Below, piece by piece: positions 1 through 10,540 of a stretch of 64,000 nucleotides of DNA. The notes under the pieces were generated by a model, which saw only the letters and a list, made by a program, of their open reading frames with translations, had not been told where the DNA came from and did not search any database. Origin of the DNA: Azolla caroliniana (lineage: Eukaryota > Plantae > Polypodiophyta). The stretch covers positions 28,148,001 through 28,212,000 of the forward strand of contig JBHGNT010000001.1 of the NCBI GenBank assembly GCA_043228905.1, read 5' to 3'. Numbering within the stretch: position 1 is the first letter of the stretch; the number at the start of each line of letters is the position of its first letter. The position numbers and the translations under genes were made by a program.

Positions 1-638
1 AATTGCCGAATTAGATACACAAACACAAGTTCCTACCATATATGAAATGGAACATCCTTGTAGCTCCATACTTAATAAAGGATATGTTCCTCGATATATC
101 ATTCCCTCAGAATCACACGCTACATAGAGTAAATATTTGAAAACGGAAATTGCGGATGTACATGAATAAAAAAAAACCCTCTATGTATCAACATAGCGTG
201 GAAATTGCAGAATTGATCACATAAAGACGAAACGTCCTCATATATTATCCCCTCATGCTTAAAGGCACAAAGCGACCTATGATAATGCGAATTGCAGAGC
301 TAGTTCCATATAAGGACAATTTTCCTTTGTAAGTATAATGGATCAAGCTAATGTATCCTTCGTTTATATACTTAAAATAAAGAAAAAGATATAGTGATAT
401 ACACAAATGAAATAGAACATCTGTGCACATCATTATCCCATGCATGAGGGTAAATAGAACATCTATAAAACATTCAAATTCCCATATATTGAAAAGAAAC
501 ATCAACTTAAAAGATAGTCTACATACATACATGAAATAGAATATCCTTATATACATCATGCATTTTATATTTCCTATAAGAAAAAAAGACAATTTATACA
601 ATAAAGCTTATTGTATAGATGCGGAAACATACGTACAT

Positions 639-810
639 GAGCTTAAACATCTTTACATATCGCATTTTCATGCTTGAGAGAAACGACATTTATCCTCAAA
701 ATATCATTCTCACAAGCTTCAAAGAGCTTAAACATCTTTACATATCGCATTGTCATGCTTGATAGAAACGACATTTATCCTCAAAATATCATTCTCACAA
801 GCTTCAAAGA
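639..810. repeat. Tandem duplication, two copies of about 85 bp, in the UTP12 first intron
   Basis: gagcttaaacatctttacatatcgcatt...ctcacaagcttcaaaga occurs at about 639 and about 724 with few mismatches. Confidence 0.85.
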
Positions 811-1210
811 AACAACAAATTTGACGAGTAAATGGAACCAACTTACATCATTTGCACTTTAGGAAAAAAACATAATGGTAGAGGCTACACAACAAAGAAG
901 TATATGTTCTAAATAACATTCTTATATGTTATACATTCCCACATTTGCCTAAAAGAATTAACGACGAAATTGACAGCATAAAAATATCAATAAATGAAGC
1001 GGTAAATTTATTTACAATTCATTTTCTTGCATGCTTTACAGGAAAAGGCAGCAAATTTGATATTAAAAATGCAGCATACACATGAATGCATGGAATTATC
1101 CCCATGTATCATCCATTCACTCTTACATGTTCTGAAAGAAAAAATGTAACTGTAAAATCTCGCAATAAGACAGAGCATAGATACAAAGAAACGCATATAT
1201 ACATACATAC

Positions 1211-1462
1211 CAGAGATATGGAAGTAGGCATGCAGGCGATGGAGGTAACTGCAGGTTTCATGCATGCGGAAGATGATGATGAAGAAGAAGGAGCCAGTGC
1301 GTGGAGGCATCGACCTTGCTTGAGGTTCCATACCATGAGATTCTCCAGAGCTCCAGCTAGAAGGAGCTTCGCAGAGCGATCAAAGGAAACATTTGCATCC
1401 GCGGAGACGACGAGTCCGAGAACCGGAGAAGCTTGTTCGTAGCGAAGGTACGCCTTCACCAT
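1211..1462 (-). CDS. UTP12: First coding exon of the WD40 SSU-processome protein UTP12/DIP2/WDR3; the gene continues off the left edge
   Basis: N-terminus MVKAYLRYEQ...GLVVS...AGALENLMVWNLKQG matches the conserved UTP12/WDR3 start; donor CTG|GTATGT after 1211. Confidence 0.85.
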
Positions 1463-1696
1463 CGCTCTCTCTCTCTCTGCTCGCTCTCGCTCCTCCCTCG
1501 CAAACCCTCAGGGCTTAGGTATGTATGGGTATGCGTATGTGTCAGTGTATGTATGTGTACATATCCGTGTTATGGTATGGATGTGTAGGTATGTGTATGT
1601 ACAGTATGTGTGCATATGTATGCGTGTTATGGACCATGGTATTGATGTGTGTGTGTTGGTGTGTACATATGTATGTGTGTTATGGTATACCGTGTG

Positions 1697-1698
<2 letters not shown>

Positions 1699-1758
<60 letters not shown>
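1699..1758. repeat. (TG)n microsatellite at the end of a degenerate TG/TATG tract (about 1520-1758)
   Basis: Seen directly. Confidence 0.95.
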
Positions 1759-1760
<2 letters not shown>

Positions 1761-2544
1761 CTCATGTCCAACTGCTACCAAATATTAAAGATGGCAAGCG
1801 AGGGAATCGTGGGTAGGGTCGGTGCAAGTCGCTCAGCTGAGGATGCATGCGATCTGCACCGTTCGATGTGGATAAAAAAAACAAGCTTGAAAGTAAAAAA
1901 GTTGGACACCCGACCCGTCAATATTCAAACATGTTGCCCAAATCAGACGCCTGATAGACCCATCAGTTTTCAGACACCCTGTCCAAATTAGACCCCTTGC
2001 TCAAATCAGACACTCTGCCCAAATTAGACACCCTGCTCAAATCAGACGCCCGACAAACATGAAATAGTTGAAAATTTTCAAATTGTAAAAAAAAAAATTT
2101 GACAACAATATGTTATACCATAACTCCACTAAAAAACATCACTCTTCCAATTACACTAAATTTAATACTTAAATCTCTTCGAATTACAAAATGTCCAATG
2201 TCTAACTTCAACACCTGATACATATAGCCGAGTTTGAACATGTACATATACATTTTGAACATGTTGTGTAACGAGCTTTACAAAGTGAATGAACAAATGG
2301 GAACCCATGTTGATCATAAATCAATTATGCATGCCATGGTCAAGGAGTAATGTTGCAATGAGTTCTCCATCTAATGACACTTTGTAGAATTTCCAAATTC
2401 CATATTGATTATGAATTTTACTATACTAAAGTTGTACTTTTAACTATTTCATAAGTTTGCTCTATCCTTGGGCTTGTAGGTATTATATATATATAAATTC
2501 AACACTTAATACATATATGTAGATGAGTTTGCTCTATGCTTAAT

Positions 2545-2820
2545 ACAATAGATGAATTATCATAATAAGAAATAAATCCTTGGCTTTTCGCACAATGTTA
2601 TCATGATAAGAAGGAATGCTTAACAATATAGATGAATTATCATGATAATGAGTAATTCCTTGGCTTTTTGCATATTCTATCGCATTCTTAATAAGGTCAA
2701 TCAACATATGGGATGAATTATCATGATAAGAAAAAATACTTAACAATATAGATGAATTATCATGATAAGAAGCGATTCCTTAGCTTTTTGCACATAGTGT
2801 AACATTCTTTATAAGGTCAA
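2545..2820. repeat. Minisatellite with about 40-bp subunits carrying the palindrome TTATCATGATAA
   Basis: (gatgaa)ttatcatgataa recurs at about 2557 (variant), 2598, 2637, 2718 and 2757. Confidence 0.8.
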
Positions 2821-4683
2821 AATCACCAACATGGTGACTTGTACAAAAATGTCACCATATAGTTGATTATAAAAACACATTGTTTTTCTATGCTACCTTG
2901 TTTTATACGTTGCCTATCAAAAACACGTCGAATGTTTTCAACCACTAAATGAATGGATCATGTGGTACATGTTAACTATATGCTTAGATCCTTTTGTGCA
3001 CAAAGACATAAATCACTTTTACTGTCTTTAGTCTCTCCATGTGTAGCAATCATATGAATTAGATTTGAGCATGTATTTCAATACAATATGATACCATCAT
3101 TTGGCTAATACATGAAACAAGAAGAAATCCATAAGTGACATATATTTTAATGTTATATGATACAGACATCGGGTAAAACTCGGTGAACCATATGATTAGT
3201 ATCTTCATCGGGTAAAACTTGGTCATCCATTCATATACATTACAAAACTTTATGATATACAAAATGTGCCAAAGAGTATATTCATATACAAAAAATTTAA
3301 TCTAAATTCCCAGAATCCCAATCCAATACCCCAACAAAAAAACATTCAATACACGTTTACCATAAACACCAAATATTTATGACATACAAAATGTGCCAAA
3401 GAGTATATTCATATACAGAATGTGCAAAAGACTGTATTCATTTGCATGATCAAGAGTACACAAAATGAGGCCTTCATATACAATCCAAGGTATATACAAA
3501 ATGTGGTCTCTACAAATTGGTTGATTCATATACAGTTCGAAGGCATACGCAAATTTGGTAAACATATACAAAATTGATTGATTCATATAAATAGTGAGGC
3601 AACTACAATACGTGCTATATACCAAAACTGTCATGGTTATGAAATCGGAAATCCCAAAATCCTTTGAGCCCATTTCACCGTGTTTATCCAAAGGAGTTGA
3701 ACATCCTCATGTGCAAACCACTTCTCCATACCCTGTCAAAAAGGCATGACTATAAGAACCCACCCATTACTTATAAGAGTTACAGGTGATGCCTATCACT
3801 TTGAAAGGAGGTATGCCACTTCCTCATACCGACCCTTGTGAGGTTTTGGTAAAGCCACGTGAGGATGGGACAAGATCCAATTTTGTTACTGAGGTCTGAC
3901 ACTATGGATTGTAAGTCGGCATCTTCCATTTCGAAGTGTTTGGACTTCGCAGCCATCTTTGACAAGCAATATATAACGAAATATGTAATCTCTAAACCCA
4001 TATTAACATTCTTAAGAAACTACATACCATGAAAACACAAACACTGGAGAGAGGCTAAGACATATACAAATGTTTACATGACCGTGATTCATTTTAACTC
4101 TGTCGTCCCATCTTTTGATTCCAAATACCCTAAACCCATTTTAACAATCCATTTTAAGTTTTTATTTTTTTATTTTTTAAAGAGATGCGTCATGGTATTA
4201 TAAAATCATAAGAAATACAAAAGGTATGTTGGATAAAGGAGTATTCCAACCGACTCCACAGTGCTCAAATAATAACTGATTTGATTTGTGTACACCATAT
4301 CTCCCAGATTTTTATAGTCTATTCCTCCCAAACTGCAACTAAGCATGCCATGTACCTTGTACCACCAACATTTGTAGCAACTAAGTCTATAAACAAAGTT
4401 CGTCCCAAAATGACAGGAACTGTATAAATCCATATTATGTGATCTCCATCTTCCATAAAACTGAGCATTGAATTCCATAACCATTTAAAATGCATTTGCT
4501 TCCTAAAAATGACATCAGCATTGCCTGTAAATCTTTCGTACTAACCACGTAATGTGTGAATAAGTAATAACTAGAATTCAACAATTATAACAGAAACATC
4601 ACGAGTGACGTTGTCAAAAACTGATGTACATCGCCTTCCAAATTATCCACATCAAAATAGATTAAATTGTCTTCCAAATAATA

Positions 4684-5212
4684 TCATCCCTAAATTGCAA
4701 ACTATCAATTAGAAAAGGTTGAACCATTTGTATACGAGGAAGAACTATGTATGTGAAGGGCTTCCACTATATCCTCCTTTTCATTTAAAATCCATTTAAA
4801 GATTTAAATAGGTTTAATAAAATTAAACAATATATTTCAACATTTTAATGTCAAACCCTGACCCATTTCACCATTCCAAACACATAACCCTAATTTGGAA
4901 AACACACATTTACAAATAGAACAAATGAACAAGCCGCAATAAAATACTTCATCCCTAAATTGCAAACTATCAATTAGAAAAGGTTGAACCATTTGTATAC
5001 GAGGAAGAACTATGTATGTGAAGGGCTTCCACTATATCCTCCTTTTCATTTAAAATCCATTTAAAGATTTAAATAGGTTTAATAAAATTAAACAATATAT
5101 TTCAACATTTTAATGTCAAACCCTGACCCATTTCACCATTCCAAACACATAACCCTAATTTGGAAAACACACATTTACAAATAGAACAAATGAACAAGCC
5201 GCAATAAAATAC
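4684..5212. repeat. Near-perfect tandem duplication with a 265-bp period
   Basis: tcatccctaaattgcaaac...gccgcaataaaatac at 4684-4947 and 4949-5212. Confidence 0.95.
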
Positions 5213-6019
5213 ATACCTAATGTAGGTGGCGAAGACGAATCATGAATGTACTGTCGAATAATCTCTAATTTGAAAATCCCCACAAATAGCTCAATCTTTG
5301 ATTTGAAAAATGATAAAAAATCAATAAGTGCTAGCTTTTATACCCTATACCCTTCTAAGTCGAGTGTTTGATTTGGGTAGGGTGTCTTGACAATTATGAG
5401 CAGGGTATCTAATTTGAGCAAGGTGACTAGGAATTATGAAATGGGTGTCTGAATACTGACAAGTCGAGTGTCTGGATACAACTATTTCACTTTCGCATTT
5501 TTTTTATCCACATTAGACTGTGCAAATCGTACAAGCCCTCAGTTGAGTGACATGCGCCTTCCGTGCCCGCGATTCCCTCGCTTGCCCTCTTTAATATTTG
5601 GTGGTTGTTAGACACATCGATGTGTATGTGTGTATGTATCTATCTATCTAACTATGTACATATGCATGTGTGTATGTGTGTATTTTTAGTTATGTTGAGT
5701 GTTTTGGTATCTCATGTCACTATGTTCTTGAATTGCAAGAAATGAGCCAGAATTAGAAAATATTTCAAAGAAGATTCCTTGAGATGCACACATGCGAAAA
5801 TCCTGGTTAAAAACTAATATGGTACTAAACCAAGAACCCTCAGAATGTGGTATGGATCTAGATGGCATCAAACTCCCGCTTGTACTATGTGTGTGTGTGT
5901 GTGCATGCGTGCGTGTATTTACGTGTATTGATAATAATGCAATACACCTAGAGAGAACTCGTGACATTTGTTGACTGTCGGTTGGGGATTAGTTAAAACT
6001 TAAACCATACATTCAATGA

Positions 6020-6960
6020 ATGGTCTTAATGTATATTCTGTAAATTATGTTATGCCTCCACTCCCTTGGTATCCACTTGCTATGAAAAGTTAGCCAAATT
6101 TTGCTCCATGAGATAATCAAAGTGAGATGGGAGCAAGATAGAATAATAGTTAAAAGCAAGCAATCATTTATACACGTCAACTCGATTGTTGCAAACCTCT
6201 AAGCAAAGAGGGAAGTGGTATAAAGACCCCATATCTCATAAGATTGTCATATAAAGTGATGCAAGTAAGAAGGGATTTGGTCAAAGCATGTTCCAAAGCT
6301 GCATATGGGTTTTCATACCCCAAAAACCTTGAGAAATCAATGGATTTTAACCCAACCTAATGAATTAAATTGAAACTCAATGGTAGTCCTTTATCTCTAA
6401 ATTCATGTTGCCAAAGAGCTTGAAGACCCCTTCCTTGTTCATGAACCACCTTTTGTGAAGTGTATAGCGAGAAATGGGTAAATGGAGGAAAGTTGTTTAA
6501 AAGGCAAGGTTGACTAAACATTTGCCTCAACAATGAAAGACACAACCCTTATTCCTCGGGCATTCAACTTATACAAGGACACTCCTCCTAACCAAATTCT
6601 ACAACTTCTACAAAAGATTGGCACAAAGCCACATGTTGACATGTTCTTATACAACACACTCTTTATTGACAAAGTGCAAGCATTGTCAAAGATTCCCCTC
6701 ACCCGAATCAAGGGGATGATTTCACAATGTCAAACAATTTGAACCACCCCACACTCAACAACCAAAGTGTTTGCGTGATTTTCAACAAACTAAATTTGAG
6801 CAAGCAATTTAGGTACTGGTTCGACATATACCACCCTCTATTTATTTTCTCAAACCCTTTTCTTCTAGCCTCTTCACCATTGTTGGAATTATGGAAAAGT
6901 ATCCAAACTACCAAGTACATGACATCTACGTTTTCAAGCCTGGCAAATTTGACAAATGGA
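6020..6960 (+). mobile_element. Highly decayed LINE ORF2 fragment (post-RT region)
   Basis: Plus-strand remnant DCCKPLSKEGSGIK at about 6184-6225 resembles the LINE WxxxCxPKxxGGLGI motif; many stops and frameshifts; boundaries approximate. Confidence 0.4.
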
Positions 6961-7359
6961 AAATAGCACATGTGTTGTAAACAATCTCATATGGTACAAA
7001 CATTTCCATATTCACTTCATCAACGTTATATCACATCAAATAATGTATCAAATGTAATATAACACACACGTAATCATACCATCTAGTAAACCATAGACAA
7101 ACAATCTATGAGGACTCCAAAATAGTTTTGATATTAGATTTTCGCTCATTCGTTTTAGGACATAAAATATATAATTATTAAAGCATGGGTTGAACAATCT
7201 GTAAGTATTCCAAAATTGTTTTCATATTAGCTTTTCCCTCATTGTTTTAGAACATCAAATATACTATAGAAACATGCTCTCTCTTTCCACATAGAGTTAG
7301 ATTTGCAAGCACAATAGCAACCAGTAAATATTGATCATTCCGATTAAAATGGTCATTCT

Positions 7360-9381
7360 TTAACCCTTGTTGACTGGTTTTTTCGATGAGTGCTTTGATA
7401 ATGACTTGACATTTTTGTTTTTCCTCCCTGGGATGGAGAATATAGACTCCCGTCGAGGATTGTGCTTCTTCCTACTCTGTTTCGGAAGAGAAAGCATCCA
7501 AGAAGGAACCTCACCACCAGATGCCATGATCACATTCACAATAGATCGTAAGAAAGGAACATCATCTTCAGTATATATTGTAATGGCTTGACCTTCTCTT
7601 CCTGCTCTTCCACACCGACCTATACGATGTATGTAGGACGCCACAGTATTGGGAAAATCATAGTTTATCACAGAATTTACTCCTTTGAAATCCATTCCTC
7701 TTGCAAGTAGATCAGTTGCAATCAATACCCATGTCTTTCCTTCTCTGAACTTCTCTATTGCCATCCCTCTCTGTGCTTCGGTTAGATCAGCATGTATACA
7801 ATCAACTTTGATGGTCTCAAATGCCAGCATTTTGTAAAGTTCTTTAGCTCTCTCTTTGCTTTGCACAAAGAGCAAAATCGGAGGTTGTAAGCTCTCTTGA
7901 AAGATCTGTCTCAATGCTAACAGTTTTCCTTCTTCAGTTCCAACATAGAGCAATTTCTGCTTAATAGTCTGAGATGCCGAATTCTTCTCGCCAACTACAA
8001 TTCGTACAGCATCATGCATTATACTTCTAGCAAGTTCTTCCACAGTATCTGGCAGTGTCGCACTGAATAGAGTTCTTAATATCTGCGGATTTGTACATGC
8101 ATTAACCACAGAATCAATTTGTTCTACAAATCCAAGCTCAAATAGCTTATCAGACTCATCCAAAACAAGGTACTCAACCTTACTCAGATCAATCCTGGAA
8201 TGTTTTAAAACATAATCCAATCGAAGAGGCGTGGAAACCAGGATGTCACAAGGGAGATGGAGGAAATCTGCACATCTTGACAAAGCCTTTGTCATCAATC
8301 TGATTCTGAATTTCCTTCCTTTAGACAACAGTTTGAATTCTAGTGTGATTTGCTTTGCGAGCTCCCGTGTAGGGCAAAGAACTACAGATCGAACACCATC
8401 TTCTCTTGAGGATTTTAACTTCATAAGGATAGGAAGGGCAAAAGCTAAGGTTTTACCTGAACCTGTGGGGGCACAAGCAAAACACTCACGACCAGATAAC
8501 ATTGCAGGAATTACTTGTCTTTGTACCGGTGTTGGTTCACGGAAACCAAAATTTTCCATGTTCTTTAACAGGTACAATTTGCAGCTATACAATGATCGCA
8601 GTTCCTCAAAATTATTCAGTGGAGGAGGAATATTGTGACCACAGACATGGATCCTGAATCTTTTTCTTAGCAAATTGTTTGCTTCAACCATCTTTGCCTC
8701 AAATTTCCTTTCTTGCTCTTTTAGTGCATTACAATTTCGAGTTGTTTCTTCTTCTTCTTGTTGTCTTGATTTCAAGTCGTCAGTGAACGGTTTGAATAGA
8801 TCTATAGCAGATAAATTCACTTGTTTCTGAGAACGCTTTCGTTTCGTCTGTACTGAATCCACATGAGTCACAGCTTCTTCTTCGTCGTGGTATTTTTCTT
8901 TGTCTACTCCTTCTCTGGTTTCTTCTCTTGATTCGATATCTTCACAAAAAGGTTTGAATAGATCTGTGGCGCACAGGTTTACCAGTTTATCTAGTCGTTT
9001 TCTTCTCTTTTTTCCTGTATCTTCAACGTTCGCTTCTGTTGATTGTTTCTTCTTCCTTTTCTTTTCTTTGTTTGTGCTTTCAGGTGTATCTTGGAAGTTT
9101 GTTTCTTCTTCGTCTTTATTCGTCTGCTTCTGCTTCTTCGTCTTCTTATTTATTTTCTGGTTATTTCTATCATCCTCTTTGGGGTAAGATACGAGTTCCA
9201 CGGATTCAGAATAACCTTTGTCTGCGAACGTCAAGCATGAAGGTCCATCAAAAGCTTCTTGAACCATCACGAAGTCAGGAAGCTCTTCTTCTGCATCTGC
9301 TTTCTTCTTGAACTTGTCGAAGTCAGACGCGAACCTTCTTCTGTCGAAGTGCAGGCCAGCGAAGAGGATGGAAGGATCCAT
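7360..9381 (-). CDS. RH57: DEAD-box RNA helicase of the RH57/ROK1/DDX52 subfamily, single coding exon, 673 aa from the ATG at 9381
   Basis: LFAGLHFDRRRFASDFDKFK N-terminal motif; PTPVQRQ, APTGSGKT, PTRELA, DESD, SAT, ARGMD and HRIGRCGRAG motifs; DESD and the WML C-terminus are typical of ROK1/DDX52. Confidence 0.93.
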   Translation of the reverse strand: MDPSILFAGLHFDRRRFASDFDKFKKKADAEEELPDFVMVQEAFDGPSCLTFADKGYSESVELVSYPKEDDRNNQKINKKTKKQKQTNKDEEETNFQDTPESTNKEKKRKKKQSTEANVEDTGKKRRKRLDKLVNLCATDLFKPFCEDIESREETREGVDKEKYHDEEEAVTHVDSVQTKRKRSQKQVNLSAIDLFKPFTDDLKSRQQEEEETTRNCNALKEQERKFEAKMVEANNLLRKRFRIHVCGHNIPPPLNNFEELRSLYSCKLYLLKNMENFGFREPTPVQRQVIPAMLSGRECFACAPTGSGKTLAFALPILMKLKSSREDGVRSVVLCPTRELAKQITLEFKLLSKGRKFRIRLMTKALSRCADFLHLPCDILVSTPLRLDYVLKHSRIDLSKVEYLVLDESDKLFELGFVEQIDSVVNACTNPQILRTLFSATLPDTVEELARSIMHDAVRIVVGEKNSASQTIKQKLLYVGTEEGKLLALRQIFQESLQPPILLFVQSKERAKELYKMLAFETIKVDCIHADLTEAQRGMAIEKFREGKTWVLIATDLLARGMDFKGVNSVINYDFPNTVASYIHRIGRCGRAGREGQAITIYTEDDVPFLRSIVNVIMASGGEVPSWMLSLPKQSRKKHNPRRESIFSIPGRKNKNVKSLSKHSSKKPVNKG

Positions 9382-9432
9382 GGAAACTCGAGAGGAAGAC
9401 CAAGACCTAGCCTGGATCAACAGGTTCTGGAC

Positions 9433-9440
9433 TAGGGTTT
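9433..9440 (-). promoter_or_regulatory. Telo-box (AAACCCTA) just upstream of RH57
   Basis: tagggttt on plus, about 50 bp upstream of the ATG; telo-boxes are established elements of plant ribosome-biogenesis genes. Confidence 0.55.
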
Positions 9441-9920
9441 AGCTAAAGCATGAGGTTTCTTTATTTCCGGAAATGCCCCTGCGTTTCTCGTATATTTCTA
9501 ACCCATACCCCTGAACGATTCAATACATTGCAATTTGCAACCTTAGTTTGAAGTTTGAACCATACGTGCATTTGCATTCGAGTAATGTAAACACCCTCCA
9601 AGTATGGTAAATACCATACTTTTGTATTCATTAATTGTTATAAGGTAAGAAAGTTCAGGTAAAACACATAAATAGAAAACATAAGTATATTTTCATAGCA
9701 TATGCATTCGTTTGCAAACGTATGGAAAATGAATGTTTGCAAATGCATTCGAATATGTTACGTTCTATCACTGCAATTGTGCCAATCTCATTATGTATTT
9801 CAATGTTTCGTCGTTGTCCGTTCCCCACAATTTGCTCAATCTTCTTTTCTTCGCATCGTGGCGTGCACGATCTTCTTGTCCTTAGTAGTTCGGTTCAACA
9901 CTCCATTGCTAAGTCCAACA

Positions 9921-10540
9921 AGTTGTATCAAAGCAATGAGTTTGTGACTTCGCATGCAATATGATCGAAAATGGAAGAGATTCAGAAGACTTGACAGTGC
10001 TCGCAAGAAGGTTGCACATAAACTCATCTTGGAGGAAGAGAATTGCAAGCAAGAGATCAAGCACGCTTTTGACAAAATGGGGAGGAGTTGGAGTGAGTTG
10101 AAGCATAAATAAAGTTAGTTGATACATAAAGACTCACCAACATGGCTCCTAAATTTGAGTGGGATCTAAACCAACTAGAGATAGCAACAACCAAACTTCA
10201 TCTCAGAAAGAACATCTTCTTCCAAGTGGCCAACTGTCAAATCTCAAGGAAATTGTGCACCAACTTGCATCAATTATATAGTGAAAGCACTCCAAACAAT
10301 GTTTAACATAACATGGAGGCTATATCAAACTTGAATGCATGAATCTAAGTCTATTATAGCTTGTACAAATGAGCTTGATGGCACCATTTGTGAACTTAAT
10401 GGGTTGATATCATATAAGCTTGGATCTAGGGTTGCAAATATTGATCTTCATGTGCACATTGTGTAGGTCACAGGACCCCTACACAATGCTCAACATGAGT
10501 TCATTCAAATAAGGCGATAGATTCTACCATAGTGGGAGGG
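9921..10540 (+). mobile_element. Possible internally deleted, decayed LTR retrotransposon (Copia-like) internal region
   Basis: ...aaca followed by agttgtatcaaagc (degenerate TGGTATCAGAGC Met-tRNA PBS) at about 9921; PPT-like agtgggaggg at 10531-10540; the flanks do not clearly match as LTRs. Confidence 0.3.

Larger units (their letters stand above)
1760..5619. mobile_element. Decayed, probably non-autonomous DNA transposon with long imperfect terminal inverted repeats and subterminal repeats, inserted in a TG microsatellite; superfamily unresolved
   Basis: Left end tgtccaactgctaccaaatattaaagatggcaagcgagggaatc...tgtggataaaaaaa matches the reverse complement of 5450-5615 (tgtctaacaaccaccaaatattaaagagggcaagcgagggaatc...tgtggataaaaaaa); CAAATYAGACRC-type motifs repeat at 1939-2052 and inverted at about 5364-5452; TG-rich tracts on both flanks; no intact transposase ORF. 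Confidence 0.8.

Noticed and set aside
1508-1991. ORFs rich in HT, VC and YV repeats
   Set aside because: Translations of the TG/TATG microsatellite and the transposon TIR.
2545-2820. CRISPR-like look of regularly spaced palindromic repeats
   Set aside because: Eukaryotic context, spacers are themselves repeated, no cas genes; treated as a minisatellite.
1211-9381. UTP12 and RH57 as a ribosome-biogenesis gene cluster
   Set aside because: Two housekeeping genes separated by transposons; no evidence beyond chance.
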